Source of the DNA: a virus
Lineage: Duplodnaviria; Caudoviricetes
DNA: 64,000 nucleotides
Strand: one strand, 5' to 3'
Virus record (IMG/VR): IMGVR_UViG_3300028833_000066
Shown: one piece after another, positions 1 to 10,569 of the stretch
Layout of the letters: every line of letters begins with the position of its first letter
How positions within the stretch are numbered: position 1 is the first letter of the stretch
Notes under the pieces: generated by a model
Database searches by the model: none
What the model was told of the DNA's origin: nothing
Seen by the model: only the letters and a program-made list of their open reading frames with translations
Position numbers and translations under genes: made by a program

Positions 1-314
1 CAGCGGATTAAGCTATCTAATGTTTTAGGTAGATTTTCTTTGTCTAAATGATGATAATTAGTATCAAAATCAAAGTCATAAATTGCTTCAAATAATATAT
101 CTAAATTATGACACAAATATTCTTCACAATTAGAATTAGTATCATAACCGAAACCGCCATTGCCGGTTATAGAATCTTCGCTCCATAATTCTTCTTCTAA
201 TTTTTCTGTAATATCCTCAATATCATCACCATATTCAGACAAATCAATATTATTATCTTTTACATAATCAGCAATATCATCATACATGGCAGTATAATAA
301 TCATATTTTCCCAT
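1..314 (-). CDS. hypothetical phage protein (partial, runs off window start)
   Basis: ATG at 314, open frame MGKYDYYTAMYDDIADYVKDNNIDLSEY... to the window edge. Confidence 0.7.
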   Translation of the reverse strand, partial: MGKYDYYTAMYDDIADYVKDNNIDLSEYGDDIEDITEKLEEELWSEDSITGNGGFGYDTNSNCEEYLCHNLDILFEAIYDFDFDTNYHHLDKENLPKTLDSLIR

Positions 315-317
315 AAA

Positions 318-710
318 TTACCATCCTTCACTATACGTAATATTTTCTTTTTCGCCGCAAGCTTGACATACAGCAGTATAACAACAACCAATGCCTGTAC
401 CATAAGGAATTATATATGGCATTTTTCCGCCGTCTACGTTTGCTAATAAGCGACATTTTTCATGTTTCTTGCAAAATGCTAGCCATCGTTCTTTTTCTTG
501 TGGAAAATCAAACATGCCATAAACTAGTGAAAAATTATTCTTTAATCGTTTAATTTCTTCCTGATTTTTTTGTTCTGCGGCGGCATCAATTTCTGCTCGC
601 GTTTTGGCCGCGAATTTTTCAGCTTGTTCTGCACGAGCCTGATAGTGCTCCATAATTTCCTGAACTTGTTGAGCAAATGTTTGAGGTGTATATTGAGTAG
701 GAATAATCAT
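318..710 (-). CDS. hypothetical protein with C-terminal CxxC
   Basis: ORF track; tightly packed with neighbours. Confidence 0.7.
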   Translation of the reverse strand: MIIPTQYTPQTFAQQVQEIMEHYQARAEQAEKFAAKTRAEIDAAAEQKNQEEIKRLKNNFSLVYGMFDFPQEKERWLAFCKKHEKCRLLANVDGGKMPYIIPYGTGIGCCYTAVCQACGEKENITYSEGW

Positions 711-711
711 A

Positions 712-996
712 TTAATCCTCCGTAAATGTTATACCTTGTAAATCTAAACCTTGTCTTTTGGAAAAAGTTTCAAGAAACAGCTCAGCTTTTTGAATATAAA
801 ATGGCTGCCCAAAATAATAATTGCCATCAATTAGGTCTTGATAATCAATAATATTAACATCATAGAAGCCATAAGCATTTGCCTTCACTTTAAGTGCTTC
901 TTTATTTTCCGCAAGAACAGTTCCTTGAACTTTATTTGCGGCTTCAAGTAATAGTTTTGTTTTGCCTGTATTGCGGGCGCCAATAATTTTAATCAT
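712..996 (-). CDS. small P-loop NTPase-like protein
   Basis: N-terminal Walker A-like GARNTGKT. Confidence 0.6.
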   Translation of the reverse strand: MIKIIGARNTGKTKLLLEAANKVQGTVLAENKEALKVKANAYGFYDVNIIDYQDLIDGNYYFGQPFYIQKAELFLETFSKRQGLDLQGITFTED

Positions 997-1334
997 TTTG
1001 TTTCAATCTCCTTTATAATATAAACTTCACTATATGGTAAATGTTCTTCAATTTGATAACCAGCATCATATAATTCAGTTGCTGTATATGATTTATCAAA
1101 TTGAACTGTGTATTTATTGTGGCCAGTTGGTATATCTAAAAATGTAAATATTCCAACAATTGCAACTATAAATGCTATACATCCAATAATTAATATATAA
1201 CAGCCTATAGTATAATCATTTGCAATAGTAATTCCTATAACAACACATATTATAGCAAATAAAACAATAATTAAACCCCAAATACTCGTCTCTGTTATAG
1301 GCTAAGTTTCAAGTATCGTAATTCCTTCTAACAT
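993..1334 (-). CDS. membrane protein (code 15, one in-frame TAG)
   Basis: MLEGITILET(TAG)PITETSIWGLIIVLFAII...; two hydrophobic helices; not in ORF track because of TAG at 1302-1304. Confidence 0.7.
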
Positions 1335-1414
1335 ACATAGACTCCTTTTTCTTTTATTATATCATAATTCTATTATATTGTCAAGTTTTTATCTATGTTG
1401 GCGGCCGCCAACCA

Positions 1415-1602
1415 TATTTTTATTTAATATTTATATTTTATATTATTATTTATATTTATATTATATTTATATTACTTACACGATTTTCGTGGAGTATCTC
1501 ACGATTTTCGTGGCATATCCACGATTTTTGTCTATACGAATGGCACGATTTTCGTGGCATGCTACCACGATTTTCGTGTCTATCAATGCCACTTTTTTCG
1601 TG
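1415..1602. repeat. putative replication origin: six iteron-like CACGATTTTCGTG repeats beside an AT-rich tract
   Basis: Repeats start at 1479, 1500, 1520, 1544, 1566 and 1590 (4 exact, 2 variant); near-pure AT tract at about 1415-1477; adjacent to a wHTH gene. Confidence 0.65.
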
Positions 1603-1605
1603 GCA

Positions 1606-2007
1606 TCATTCATCCTCACCTTCGTCCCAATCGTTCTTATTTTTTAATGTTTCATAATCAATAGGAAGAACCGGAGTAAAGGTATATACATTAGGTTTAC
1701 CTTCTACTGGCTGAATATATCCTTTTGATTCTAATTCTTTTCGTGCGGAAGTAGCACCATTTTCTCCCAAGCCTAACTCTTTACGAATTGCCGCAGGAGA
1801 ATAATAGAACTGAGCGGGTTTACCATACCAACGAAGCAAATATCTCCATACTTTAAAAGTATTACCATTAAGATTACGCATTGCTGCGGCTTCATATTTA
1901 AAATCAATAGGCTGAATAAATCTATTTTTACTTCCCGCCTTATGAAGTATTTGTTCTAAATTGGTTAAAACCAATTTTAATTGATTGGCATAATTCATAT
2001 TATACAC
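1606..2007 (-). CDS. winged-helix DNA-binding protein, putative replication initiator
   Basis: HTH-like SPAAIRKELGLGENGATSARKELESKGYI; lies directly next to the repeat array. Confidence 0.55.
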   Translation of the reverse strand: MYNMNYANQLKLVLTNLEQILHKAGSKNRFIQPIDFKYEAAAMRNLNGNTFKVWRYLLRWYGKPAQFYYSPAAIRKELGLGENGATSARKELESKGYIQPVEGKPNVYTFTPVLPIDYETLKNKNDWDEGEDE

Positions 2008-2033
2008 CTCGTTTATTTGTTTATATGTTTAGA

Positions 2034-2207
2034 TTATTTCTTTTTTGTAATTAATGGGTGTAATGCTTCTCTAAATTCTACGCTATCTTCAAAGTAATAT
2101 ACCATGTATCGTGGGTCTTTATGGTTTTTATCCATTTTCACAACTTTAAATCCTTGCTTTTCTAATTCGTTTGCTACTTTCATATTAAATACAGCATAAA
2201 GCGCCAT
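2034..2207 (-). CDS. small DUF5659-like protein
   Basis: MALYAVFNMKVANELEKQGFKVVKMDKNHKDPRYMVYYFEDSVEFREAL pattern; below ORF-track cutoff. Confidence 0.55.
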   Translation of the reverse strand: MALYAVFNMKVANELEKQGFKVVKMDKNHKDPRYMVYYFEDSVEFREALHPLITKKK

Positions 2208-2209
2208 AA

Positions 2210-2404
2210 TTACTCCTCCATTAGTTTTTCTATTTTTTCCAATAAATAAATAGATGGATTGGTTTTTCCATTAATAACTTTATTAAGATGCGAACGAGAA
2301 ATATTTAATATCTCTGCGACTTCTTGCTGCGTATATCCTTTAATTCGCATCCAATTAATAAAATTATCACATATTTCTTTTATATTGTTATATGTTTGTG
2401 TCAT
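2210..2404 (-). CDS. XRE-family HTH transcriptional regulator
   Basis: GYTQQEVAEILNISRSHLNKVINGKTNPS. Confidence 0.85.
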   Translation of the reverse strand: MTQTYNNIKEICDNFINWMRIKGYTQQEVAEILNISRSHLNKVINGKTNPSIYLLEKIEKLMEE

Positions 2405-2475
2405 TCAATCACACATCTCCTGTATAAAGAAATTACTTATCTTCAACAGATAGGTAATTTCATTAGCGTCAAACT

Positions 2476-2850
2476 TTAATAATCTCCACCAAACAAGAAG
2501 ACCATTCCTGCTTCGGTTGCTCGATCATAGTTATACAAAATTTCGCACAAATCTGCAACAGTATCAAAAGAGTAGAAATAATCCTTTTCGTGAGTGGCAA
2601 TATAAATCATTTCTTCAATATCATCCTTAGTTAGCGGGGCACTCCAATCACCATTTTCAAGGTTAAACCGCCGACACATTGGGGTATAAAGACTCCAGAA
2701 TTTACGTGCGTAGTACACTTCACTTGGCACAGTAAAATCAATATAACCGTCTTCATCCTTTACCCAACCAGTATGGCACTCATTCCAAAAGTTTTCATCC
2801 TGAACCTGCTGTCGATTTTTAGCCATTACGATATGTACATCCAAACCCAT
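2476..2850 (-). CDS. hypothetical phage protein (MGLD N-terminus)
   Basis: ORF track; RBS upstream. Confidence 0.7.
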   Translation of the reverse strand: MGLDVHIVMAKNRQQVQDENFWNECHTGWVKDEDGYIDFTVPSEVYYARKFWSLYTPMCRRFNLENGDWSAPLTKDDIEEMIYIATHEKDYFYSFDTVADLCEILYNYDRATEAGMVFLFGGDY

Positions 2851-2866
2851 AATTTATTTCTCCTTT

Positions 2867-3109
2867 TTATATAGCATAGTAACAATTTCCATGGTCTTTA
2901 AACCAGTAATGTTTTACGAGTCCAAGCTTTTCCATTTCGGACATTTCTCTTTTAGTAGTATGAATATTTCCAAATAGTTCTATCTGTTTACAATTATAAT
3001 GTGGAAATACACCATTTTCTAATCTGTCCATACCAATTGGGCAAAAGTTGGGTTCTTTTAGATGATGATATTTAAGAAAATTATAAATTAATGTTTGGTG
3101 TTCTGTCAT
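2867..3109 (-). CDS. hypothetical protein
   Basis: ORF track; downstream of a sigma70-type promoter. Confidence 0.6.
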   Translation of the reverse strand: MTEHQTLIYNFLKYHHLKEPNFCPIGMDRLENGVFPHYNCKQIELFGNIHTTKREMSEMEKLGLVKHYWFKDHGNCYYAI

Positions 3110-3139
3110 AATAAGCTCCTTTCTTTTCTTTCTATATAT

Positions 3140-3167
3140 ATTATACTTGAAATTTAAAAAAAGTCAA
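3140..3167 (-). promoter_or_regulatory. sigma70/sigmaA-type promoter TTGACT-N16-TATAAT (member of a recurrent family)
   Basis: Minus strand ttgacttttttaaatttcaagtataat; same motif seen about 15 times in the window. Confidence 0.75.
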
Positions 3168-3170
3168 ATA

Positions 3171-3195
3171 AGAGGAGTTGAAATTTCAACTCCTC
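3171..3195 (-). terminator. intrinsic terminator hairpin
   Basis: gaggagttgaaatttcaactcctc palindrome after the permease stop codon. Confidence 0.6.
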
Positions 3196-3199
3196 AATT

Positions 3200-4510
3200 T
3201 TAAGCCACAATATACATTACTACAAATAATGCCGCCAAGAAATACATTAGAACTGGAATTTCCTTAAACTTGCCGCGAACAGCTTTTAAGAGAACATAAG
3301 AAATTAGTCCAAATCCAATACCATCACTAATTGAATAAGAGAACGGCATCATTGCGATTGTTAAGAATGCTGGAATAGCAATTTCCATATCGTTCCAATC
3401 AATATACTTGACATTCTTCATCATAAAGATACCAACAATAATTAGAGCAGGAGCAGTTGCTGCGGATGGAACAATACCAGCAATAGGAGCAAATAAACAA
3501 GCTAGTGCAAATAGTAATCCAGTTACTACAGAAGCAAGACCAGTACGAGCACCAGCGGCAACACCAGTAGAACTTTCAACAAATGTAGTAACGGTACTTG
3601 TACCAAGTAGTGATCCACCAACGGTAGCCAGAGCATCAGCAGTAAGAGCACGAGACATATCCTTGCTCTTCATATTACCGTTTTCATCTAACATATCACA
3701 GCCGGCCGCACATCCAGTAAGAGTGCCAACAGTATCAAAGCAATCACACATACATAGGGTTAAAATAGATGTAATTAGCGGGAAAATACCGAGGGCGGTT
3801 AGTCCAGTAAATGAAAGCTGGAAGAATGTTGGTGCAAGTGAGAGATTTTCAAAATTTAAAGATACAGCTGTATTAGTTACACCAAGAGGAATACCAATTA
3901 GGGTAGTGGCAATGATAGAATAGAGAATTGCACCCCGCACTTTAAATACAAGTAGGATAGCAGTAATAGCTAGGCCAATTAGGGTGAGTAATGGTGCTCC
4001 CGATGTAATTGAGCCAAGGTCAAGTAGATTGTTGTTTGCGGTAACAATGCCAGCATTGATAAGACCAATTAAGGCAATAAAGAGACCAATGCCTACACTA
4101 ATAGCACGCTTTAACTGGGCTGGAATAGCTTCAATAATCTTATGACGAAGTGGTGAAAGAGTAATAAGAAGGAAAACGCAGCCGCTGATAAATGTAATAG
4201 CTAGACACTGCTGCCATGTATAGCCAATCTTCATACATAGAGTATAAGTGAATAAAGCATTAATACCAAGGCCAGGAGCCTGTGCGAATGGTACATTAGC
4301 CATAAAGGCAGTTAGCAATGTACCTACTGCCGCACTAATACAAGTAGCTAGAGTTAGAGCAGTATAATCCATTCCGGTTACGCCTAGAATGGATGGATTA
4401 ACAAAGATAATATAGGCCATTGCCATAAAGGTTACTAGGCCGCCAATAACCTCGCGGCCAAATGTAGAACCACGTTCAGTGATATGAAAATGCTTATCTA
4501 AAAATTTCAT
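3200..4510 (-). CDS. NCS2 family permease, AzgA/PbuG (guanine/hypoxanthine) type
   Basis: TFMAMAYIIFVNP, APGLGINA, FDTVGT and ESSTGVAAGARTGL motifs; many TM helices. Confidence 0.9.
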   Translation of the reverse strand: MKFLDKHFHITERGSTFGREVIGGLVTFMAMAYIIFVNPSILGVTGMDYTALTLATCISAAVGTLLTAFMANVPFAQAPGLGINALFTYTLCMKIGYTWQQCLAITFISGCVFLLITLSPLRHKIIEAIPAQLKRAISVGIGLFIALIGLINAGIVTANNNLLDLGSITSGAPLLTLIGLAITAILLVFKVRGAILYSIIATTLIGIPLGVTNTAVSLNFENLSLAPTFFQLSFTGLTALGIFPLITSILTLCMCDCFDTVGTLTGCAAGCDMLDENGNMKSKDMSRALTADALATVGGSLLGTSTVTTFVESSTGVAAGARTGLASVVTGLLFALACLFAPIAGIVPSAATAPALIIVGIFMMKNVKYIDWNDMEIAIPAFLTIAMMPFSYSISDGIGFGLISYVLLKAVRGKFKEIPVLMYFLAALFVVMYIVA

Positions 4511-5784
4511 AGATTAGTCTCCTTTTTATTCTTTAGAATTAGATTTAGAATAATACCTACAAACATAGCGAGAGCAGTAGTACCGATACTGATAATCCCA
4601 AAATTACATACAACACCAGAAACACCAATGGTTAAAATTGAGGCGATAATAGTTACAACCTTATTATCGTTAAGATCAAGATTACTATCTTTAATAGTCC
4701 TTATACCAGAAAGAGTGATGTATCCATAAAGAATAGCCGCACAGCCGCCAAAAATAGCTGAAGGTAATGATACAAGCAAAGCCTGTAGCGGGCCGAAGAA
4801 AGCTGCTACACCCATAATAATTGCCGCTAGTGTAATTACATACTTAGAGCAAATTTTACTGAAGCCAGTTGTGCCTACACTTTCGCCATAAGAAGTATTA
4901 GGAATAGAGCCAATTAGAGTGCCGAAAGCAGTAGCAATACCGTCACCAATTAGAGTATGACCTACGCCTGGATTTTGAGTTAGATCAGTACCAATAACTG
5001 CGCTTAAAGCCTTATGGTCTGAAATATGCTCACATAGGCATACGAGAGATAGAGGCGCAAATAGTAGTAGAATCTGTGGCATTAATCCCCAATCAAAGTT
5101 CGCAAAGTCAAGATGGAAGAATGCGAAGTCTGGCATCTGGAAAATCTGGAGATTACGGAAAGGTTCAAAATTAACAATTGGAATACCGCAGAGTGTAAGA
5201 ATTACGGATAGCCCATATACAATGAAAATTGAAAATAGGAATGGTAGATTTTTAACAAATCCTTTTCCATAGTGAGAAATTAGTGCAGTGATAATTAGAG
5301 TTAGCATACCAAGCCCAAATCCAATTAGACTGTATTCGCCATTTACTTGGAAATAGGTTGGTAGGAAAGTGGCTAGGTTTAGACCAATTACCATAACAAC
5401 TGGACCAATAACATATGGCGGCAGAAGCTTATTAATCCAAGCTGTTCCACACTTGTTAATTACTAGACCAACGATACAATAGATAAGGCATACAATAACG
5501 CCACCGATTAGAACCGCTGTAAAGTTAGGTGCTGTTCCAAGTGTCAAGGCGCCAATTACTGCGGCAACAAATCCACCTGAAGAACTGATAAACATAGGGC
5601 TTTGGCCGCGAGTACATAGCTGATAAATCAAAGTACCAATTGCTGCGCCCACCATTGCCGGGGCAATAGGAACGCCGCAAATTGAAGGGATAAGAACAGT
5701 AGCAACGAAACAAGCAATAACCTGCTGGAATGCGGCAACAATTAGCCGCTTAAATGGAAGTCTATCATTAATATTATAAAGCAT
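4507..5784 (-). CDS. NCS2 family uracil/xanthine permease (UraA/PyrP type)
   Basis: EHISDH, GDG and PNTSYGE signature motifs; many TM helices. Confidence 0.9.
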   Translation of the reverse strand: MLYNINDRLPFKRLIVAAFQQVIACFVATVLIPSICGVPIAPAMVGAAIGTLIYQLCTRGQSPMFISSSGGFVAAVIGALTLGTAPNFTAVLIGGVIVCLIYCIVGLVINKCGTAWINKLLPPYVIGPVVMVIGLNLATFLPTYFQVNGEYSLIGFGLGMLTLIITALISHYGKGFVKNLPFLFSIFIVYGLSVILTLCGIPIVNFEPFRNLQIFQMPDFAFFHLDFANFDWGLMPQILLLFAPLSLVCLCEHISDHKALSAVIGTDLTQNPGVGHTLIGDGIATAFGTLIGSIPNTSYGESVGTTGFSKICSKYVITLAAIIMGVAAFFGPLQALLVSLPSAIFGGCAAILYGYITLSGIRTIKDSNLDLNDNKVVTIIASILTIGVSGVVCNFGIISIGTTALAMFVGIILNLILKNKKETNL

Positions 5785-5789
5785 ATTAT

Positions 5790-6326
5790 TTATTCTCCTT
5801 TATCTTCATAATAATCATCCCAATCAACTTCTTGAAATGTTATATTATTTAAATCTATATTATGTATTAACATTATTTCCATTGGACCATATGGCACTTG
5901 ACCAACGATTGTTAAAGTATTATCAAAGTCACGCCATTCATATTCTTTTGGACAAAATCCTCTATAATGAATTAATTCTTCGTCTCGTGGATATACATAT
6001 TCTTTAAATTCATTTCGTGTTAAATTATAAATTGATATACATTGATAATCGCCAGAAGAAATAATAAATTCTTCATTATATTGTTTTACATATAATAATG
6101 GAGGGGTATCTGGACAATTGCGGGCGAAAGTAAAATATTCTTTTCTTTCTGAAAGAATTTGAATTTCAATTTTATCGTAATGCTGAGTCTAATCTTTTGT
6201 CCAATATCTCCATGTTAATTGACGGATATGATATGGCGATGGTTTATTATATTGATCTAATATTGGTTCTATTTTTGTAGCAATTAATATATGAGTGTTG
6301 TGATTAATTAGAACTGGATGATTCAT
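5790..6326 (-). CDS. hypothetical protein (code 15, in-frame TAG at 6189)
   Basis: Fills the gap exactly when TAG is read through; 178 aa. Confidence 0.6.
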
Positions 6327-6954
6327 TCGCCTCACTTCCATATTGTTCTTTTAAGAGAGGAATAATTTCATCAAATGAATTGTGAAGTTCATGATCTGCT
6401 GTTGCATACAAGCACATTCCATATAACATCTGATTAATTGAGAAACTTCGCCGCCAGTCTTTCTCATTAAGATGATTTGTGCGGATGTCGAAGTAATGAG
6501 CATAGTTCTTTTTATGATAGATTTCTGTAATTTTATCATATAATTTATGTGCTAATACTTCATAATCCATAGGAATTATTTTATTATTTTTATCTACAAA
6601 TTCTTCTCTAAAAGCTTTATCCCAAATTTCCATTAATTTGGTTGCCATATACTTCCATCCATACAAAACACCCATTTCGCACATAGTACCAATGGCACTT
6701 TGTTCTGGACAGAGCACGGTATAATCGCTATTCCAAAGTCGCTCAATATCGGCTTCACAAATTTTTTCTGCTAGATGATTATTTTCTTCTTCTGTCATAT
6801 TAGATTTGTCATTAATAGACTTGTTCATTACGGGACTATATACAGAACCGGGAATACCCGCTTCTTTAAATTTATCATACTCATACTGGCGCGCTAAATT
6901 AGAACCAAAAGTCATAATGTCGCCGCCTAAGTATCCAAGCGGTTCTTTATTCAT
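6304..6954 (-). CDS. nucleoside 2-deoxyribosyltransferase family protein
   Basis: YLGG, YSP, DIERLWNSD and GTMCEMG motifs. Confidence 0.75.
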   Translation of the reverse strand: MNKEPLGYLGGDIMTFGSNLARQYEYDKFKEAGIPGSVYSPVMNKSINDKSNMTEEENNHLAEKICEADIERLWNSDYTVLCPEQSAIGTMCEMGVLYGWKYMATKLMEIWDKAFREEFVDKNNKIIPMDYEVLAHKLYDKITEIYHKKNYAHYFDIRTNHLNEKDWRRSFSINQMLYGMCLYATADHELHNSFDEIIPLLKEQYGSEANESSSSN

Positions 6955-7269
6955 TTATTTTCCTCCAAATTTATTTTGTTCATAATAATGCCAGGCATCA
7001 TTATTCCATAATTTTTTAACGTTTAAATTTTTACTACAAAAATTTTGAATAATGTCATTAATAATTGTATACATATCAGATGCTCTAGTAATCCAATTCT
7101 CTTTAGTTATTTTACCACCAGCGGCTTCAAAAGCATCTATATAATACTATTCACCCCAAATTAATTTATCAGCCATATAAGTCATTCCTTCGACGATTCC
7201 CTATTCATATTTTCCGCAGGCTGTTTCTGGATTGTGATATAATCGTTCAAATATATCAAAGTAACTCAT
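6955..7269 (-). CDS. hypothetical protein (code 15, two in-frame TAGs)
   Basis: MSYFDIFERLYHNPETACGKYE(TAG)GIVEGMTYMADKL...; fills the gap exactly. Confidence 0.6.
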
Positions 7270-7444
7270 TCTTATTCTCCTTATGTGTCAAATCCCACAG
7301 AATATCATACATTTCTAGTTTAAATCCTTCTGGCTGTTGCTCAACTGGAAGCATCCACCAAGCTAATCCAGCATCTGGATGACGATTAAAATATTCTTCT
7401 ATCATAGTATCATATATTGGTGAAAAAATCTTATTTTGTTCCAT
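7256..7444 (-). CDS. hypothetical protein
   Basis: ORF track; downstream of a promoter at about 7470-7497. Confidence 0.55.
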   Translation of the reverse strand: MEQNKIFSPIYDTMIEEYFNRHPDAGLAWWMLPVEQQPEGFKLEMYDILWDLTHKENKNELL

Positions 7445-7551
7445 ATAAAAATACCTCTTTTTTCTTTTATTATATCATAATTTTATATTTATGTCAAATA
7501 TTATTATAAACAAAAATATGTGGGGTAAGTCATTAGACTTACCCCATGTAA

Positions 7552-8793
7552 TTATCTTGGAGGAATTATTTTATCACAGAGTTGTGGAATTGGTCCACGT
7601 TCTGACTTTAGTAATTTAACAGTGCCAAATAATGGATCACCTACTAAATTATCAAGCATAGCTTTAATGCCATTATTTTTTTCAAATTTAGGGTTATCAA
7701 TCTATGCTACATCCCCACAAAATATAATTTCGCCGCCATCTTCTACGCGGCTAAGTAATAATGTAACTAATTTATCATTTAAGTTTTCACATTCATCACA
7801 AAAGATAATACCTTTTATAGAACGTCCTCTGATATGAGAAATAGGGAATATTTCAATAACACCTTCATCAATAAGCTGGTCAAGCATCATTTGACCGCCT
7901 AAATGATCGGCAATTACTCCTCCCCACAAACTCATTTTTTGCCGCACATCACCTGGCACAAAACCAATATCTTTAGTGTCTGCAACTATAATATTATTAC
8001 GAATAAAAGTAATTTTAGGCTGGCGGCCGCGAGCTACTTGTTCTAGTGCATAATTTAGAGCTAATAATGTTTTTCCACTGCCCCAGGCAGAAGTTAATAA
8101 TTTAACCTTGATATCCTAGTCTTGAAGTAAGTGCATAGCCATTTTTTGCTCTAAATTACGAGGTTTAATTACTTCACCAGTATATATATTTTTAATATCT
8201 TTATAATTTAAAGGTTTATATTCATGTCCATCCCAGAATAATACATCTTTTAATTCATCACCTGTAAATATTTCAGCGAATGAATTAGTGGGACATTTTA
8301 ATGTATTCATTGTTGGGCACTGATATAATTGGGCCATCTGTGAATTATTAGGATAATATTTACCCCAGCCGCAATACTCTATCTATTCAATACGGCTTTC
8401 TTCTTTGTCATCTAAATATATTGCCTATAATTCCTTAATCTATTTAGCAATTAAAAACTAAGCGCCATCAGCAGTTATAAAAAATACATCATTTGAATGA
8501 TTTTTTAATGCGGCAGCTTCAGCAATTAGCCAGTGGTCATGAATATCCTATAGTATTGGATATTTTCTAAATTTTTTTCTAGTATGATTATTAGCGGTAA
8601 TAAAATGTATATCTCTAGATGTAATAATATCTCGCACAGCCTATCGTGCGAGATATTTTGTTTTATCATCTTTTTGCTATGAAGTTTTTATATTTTCAAG
8701 TTCCATTAATACAATAGGACTAATATATATATTCTGGAATCTTTTATAAGCCCCATTGAGTACTGCAGAAGTATCTAAAAAATTAATATTCAT
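7552..8793 (-). CDS. phoH: PIN domain + PhoH-family ATPase (code 15, 413 aa)
   Basis: N-terminal FLDTSAVL (PIN); Walker A AWGSGKT; IGFVPG, RGRSI, DECEN; conserved GDxxQxD appears as GDVA(TAG)ID; many in-frame TAGs. Confidence 0.9.
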
Positions 8794-9422
8794 TAAGCAT
8801 CAACACCATAAATTTTGTCTACAAGATTATATTTCTTCATTTCATCCGCGGATAAAAACCATTGATGTCTAGCTTGAGCGTCATATTCTTCTGCAGTAAT
8901 ATTCGTATTATCAATAATGAATTGTCGGATACTTTCATCTACCTTATTGTTAAAAGCCATAATATCATTTGCTGTCTTAGCTTCACTGGCGCTTAAAGCT
9001 ACATATCCGTCATGAATAAGGGCATATGTGCTAGGAAAACAAAAACGAGTTACATTTTCATTCTTGCCGCTGCCAGCTAAAATTACAGCTGCCATAGAAG
9101 CTGCATATCCAGGAACAATGATATGCAATGGCTTTTTATATTGGCTAATATAGTGAGCAAGAAAGAATCCATCTGATACGCACCCACCCTGTGAATTAAG
9201 TATGAGTGTTACGGGGCGTGTATCGCTATCATTCTCCCAATCTCTCATAGGTAAATAAATCATTTCTACAATACGCTCATCAATATCAGTATTTAAAATA
9301 AGCGTTCTATTATCATTCATTTGATGATAATACTGATACATTACAGGGTCTAATCCAGGCGTATCGTCTGAGATTAGGAAACCAAAATCTGGGTCCATAA
9401 TTACCCTCCTTCTATCTCTCAA
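8793..9422 (-). CDS. clpP: ClpP-family protease
   Basis: LNSQGG, GYAASMA, LIH, FLSADE motifs. Confidence 0.85.
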   Translation of the reverse strand: MRDRRRVIMDPDFGFLISDDTPGLDPVMYQYYHQMNDNRTLILNTDIDERIVEMIYLPMRDWENDSDTRPVTLILNSQGGCVSDGFFLAHYISQYKKPLHIIVPGYAASMAAVILAGSGKNENVTRFCFPSTYALIHDGYVALSASEAKTANDIMAFNNKVDESIRQFIIDNTNITAEEYDAQARHQWFLSADEMKKYNLVDKIYGVDA

Positions 9423-9443
9423 TGAGACAGTTACTTATAATAT

Positions 9444-10568
9444 TTATGAGATAATTTTTTCTAGTGTACAATCCTCTGGATTAATATCGTCTTTACGAAT
9501 ACGTTTAATATAAGGATGCCGAATTGAAATACCTGTACCATCTTTGGCTGCATTTGCGGTAGAAACCATCATGCCACCAATAGTTAGCGGGCACAGATAC
9601 CATTCTTCAAAATTATCTCTTAGTTCTGTTTTAAGTTCGTCAGTTAAACCAGCTACTTTACAAAGCTGTACTGGTTCACCTTTACGATTAAATACACTTA
9701 CATAAATTGCACCCGGATAATTATAATAATAATTTTTAGTGACTGGTGTGTAAGCACCACCAGTTTGATATTCACCAAAATATTCACCATATACAAGCTT
9801 GCCAGTTCTAGCTTCTTCCCAAAAGGGCCAAGAAGCTAATTCTTTGCCAGTATAAAGCTTTGTTGGATTTTCAACGCCAGTGATAAAGCAGTCAATATCA
9901 GAGGAAATTTCTTGCTTTACTTTACAAGTTGTCCAAGCGCTTGAACGTTTATCGGGAGTATAAAGAATGCCTTTTTTATAGCAGACTGCTCCTTCACCAT
10001 TACGCTCAAAGATTTTTAGAATTTCATCAAAGAAAGTTTCATCCATTTGATGAAATGGAATACCTTTTACTAATGGAGAATTAATACGTTTAACAACCTT
10101 TGGAATAAATTGTACTCTATACTCAATTGGTTTATCAAGAAATTCTTCACCATCAAGTGCTAGAATATCAAAAATACGCCATTCAAGTTTAACATCTTTT
10201 TGACGAGCACGTGCCTTATCAACTAGGCATCTTGCTATACTGCCTACATCTTTGTCTATGCCGCCAGGCAAATATAATTCTCCTAAAATTACTGTAGTCT
10301 TTTGAAAAGCTTTAAGTACATCATCCCAGAAAAATACTTTATCTTGTAATTCAGAATAAGTACCAGTTACTTTACTGATGCCACGAGTTTGTAGTGCATT
10401 TCTATCTGGAGTAATAACTGCACGGCTAAAATTGCCATCGAACTTTTCACTCCAAATATACTGGCCGCTGGCCGCCATATCTTCTAAATGCTGGCGCCGG
10501 GTTTCTGTTGACATAGCACTAGTTGGACTCCAATATTTCATCACACCTAGAGAGAAAAAATCTGTCAT
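9444..10568 (-). CDS. ATP-dependent DNA ligase
   Basis: EKFDG adenylation motif; LGEL, FDIL, EGAV, KVK, SIRHP motifs. Confidence 0.85.
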   Translation of the reverse strand: MTDFFSLGVMKYWSPTSAMSTETRRQHLEDMAASGQYIWSEKFDGNFSRAVITPDRNALQTRGISKVTGTYSELQDKVFFWDDVLKAFQKTTVILGELYLPGGIDKDVGSIARCLVDKARARQKDVKLEWRIFDILALDGEEFLDKPIEYRVQFIPKVVKRINSPLVKGIPFHQMDETFFDEILKIFERNGEGAVCYKKGILYTPDKRSSAWTTCKVKQEISSDIDCFITGVENPTKLYTGKELASWPFWEEARTGKLVYGEYFGEYQTGGAYTPVTKNYYYNYPGAIYVSVFNRKGEPVQLCKVAGLTDELKTELRDNFEEWYLCPLTIGGMMVSTANAAKDGTGISIRHPYIKRIRKDDINPEDCTLEKIIS

Positions 10569-10569
10569 A

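Noticed and set aside
1479-1602. CRISPR array
   Set aside because: Repeats are 13 bp with 7-11 bp gaps, too short for spacers; no cas genes
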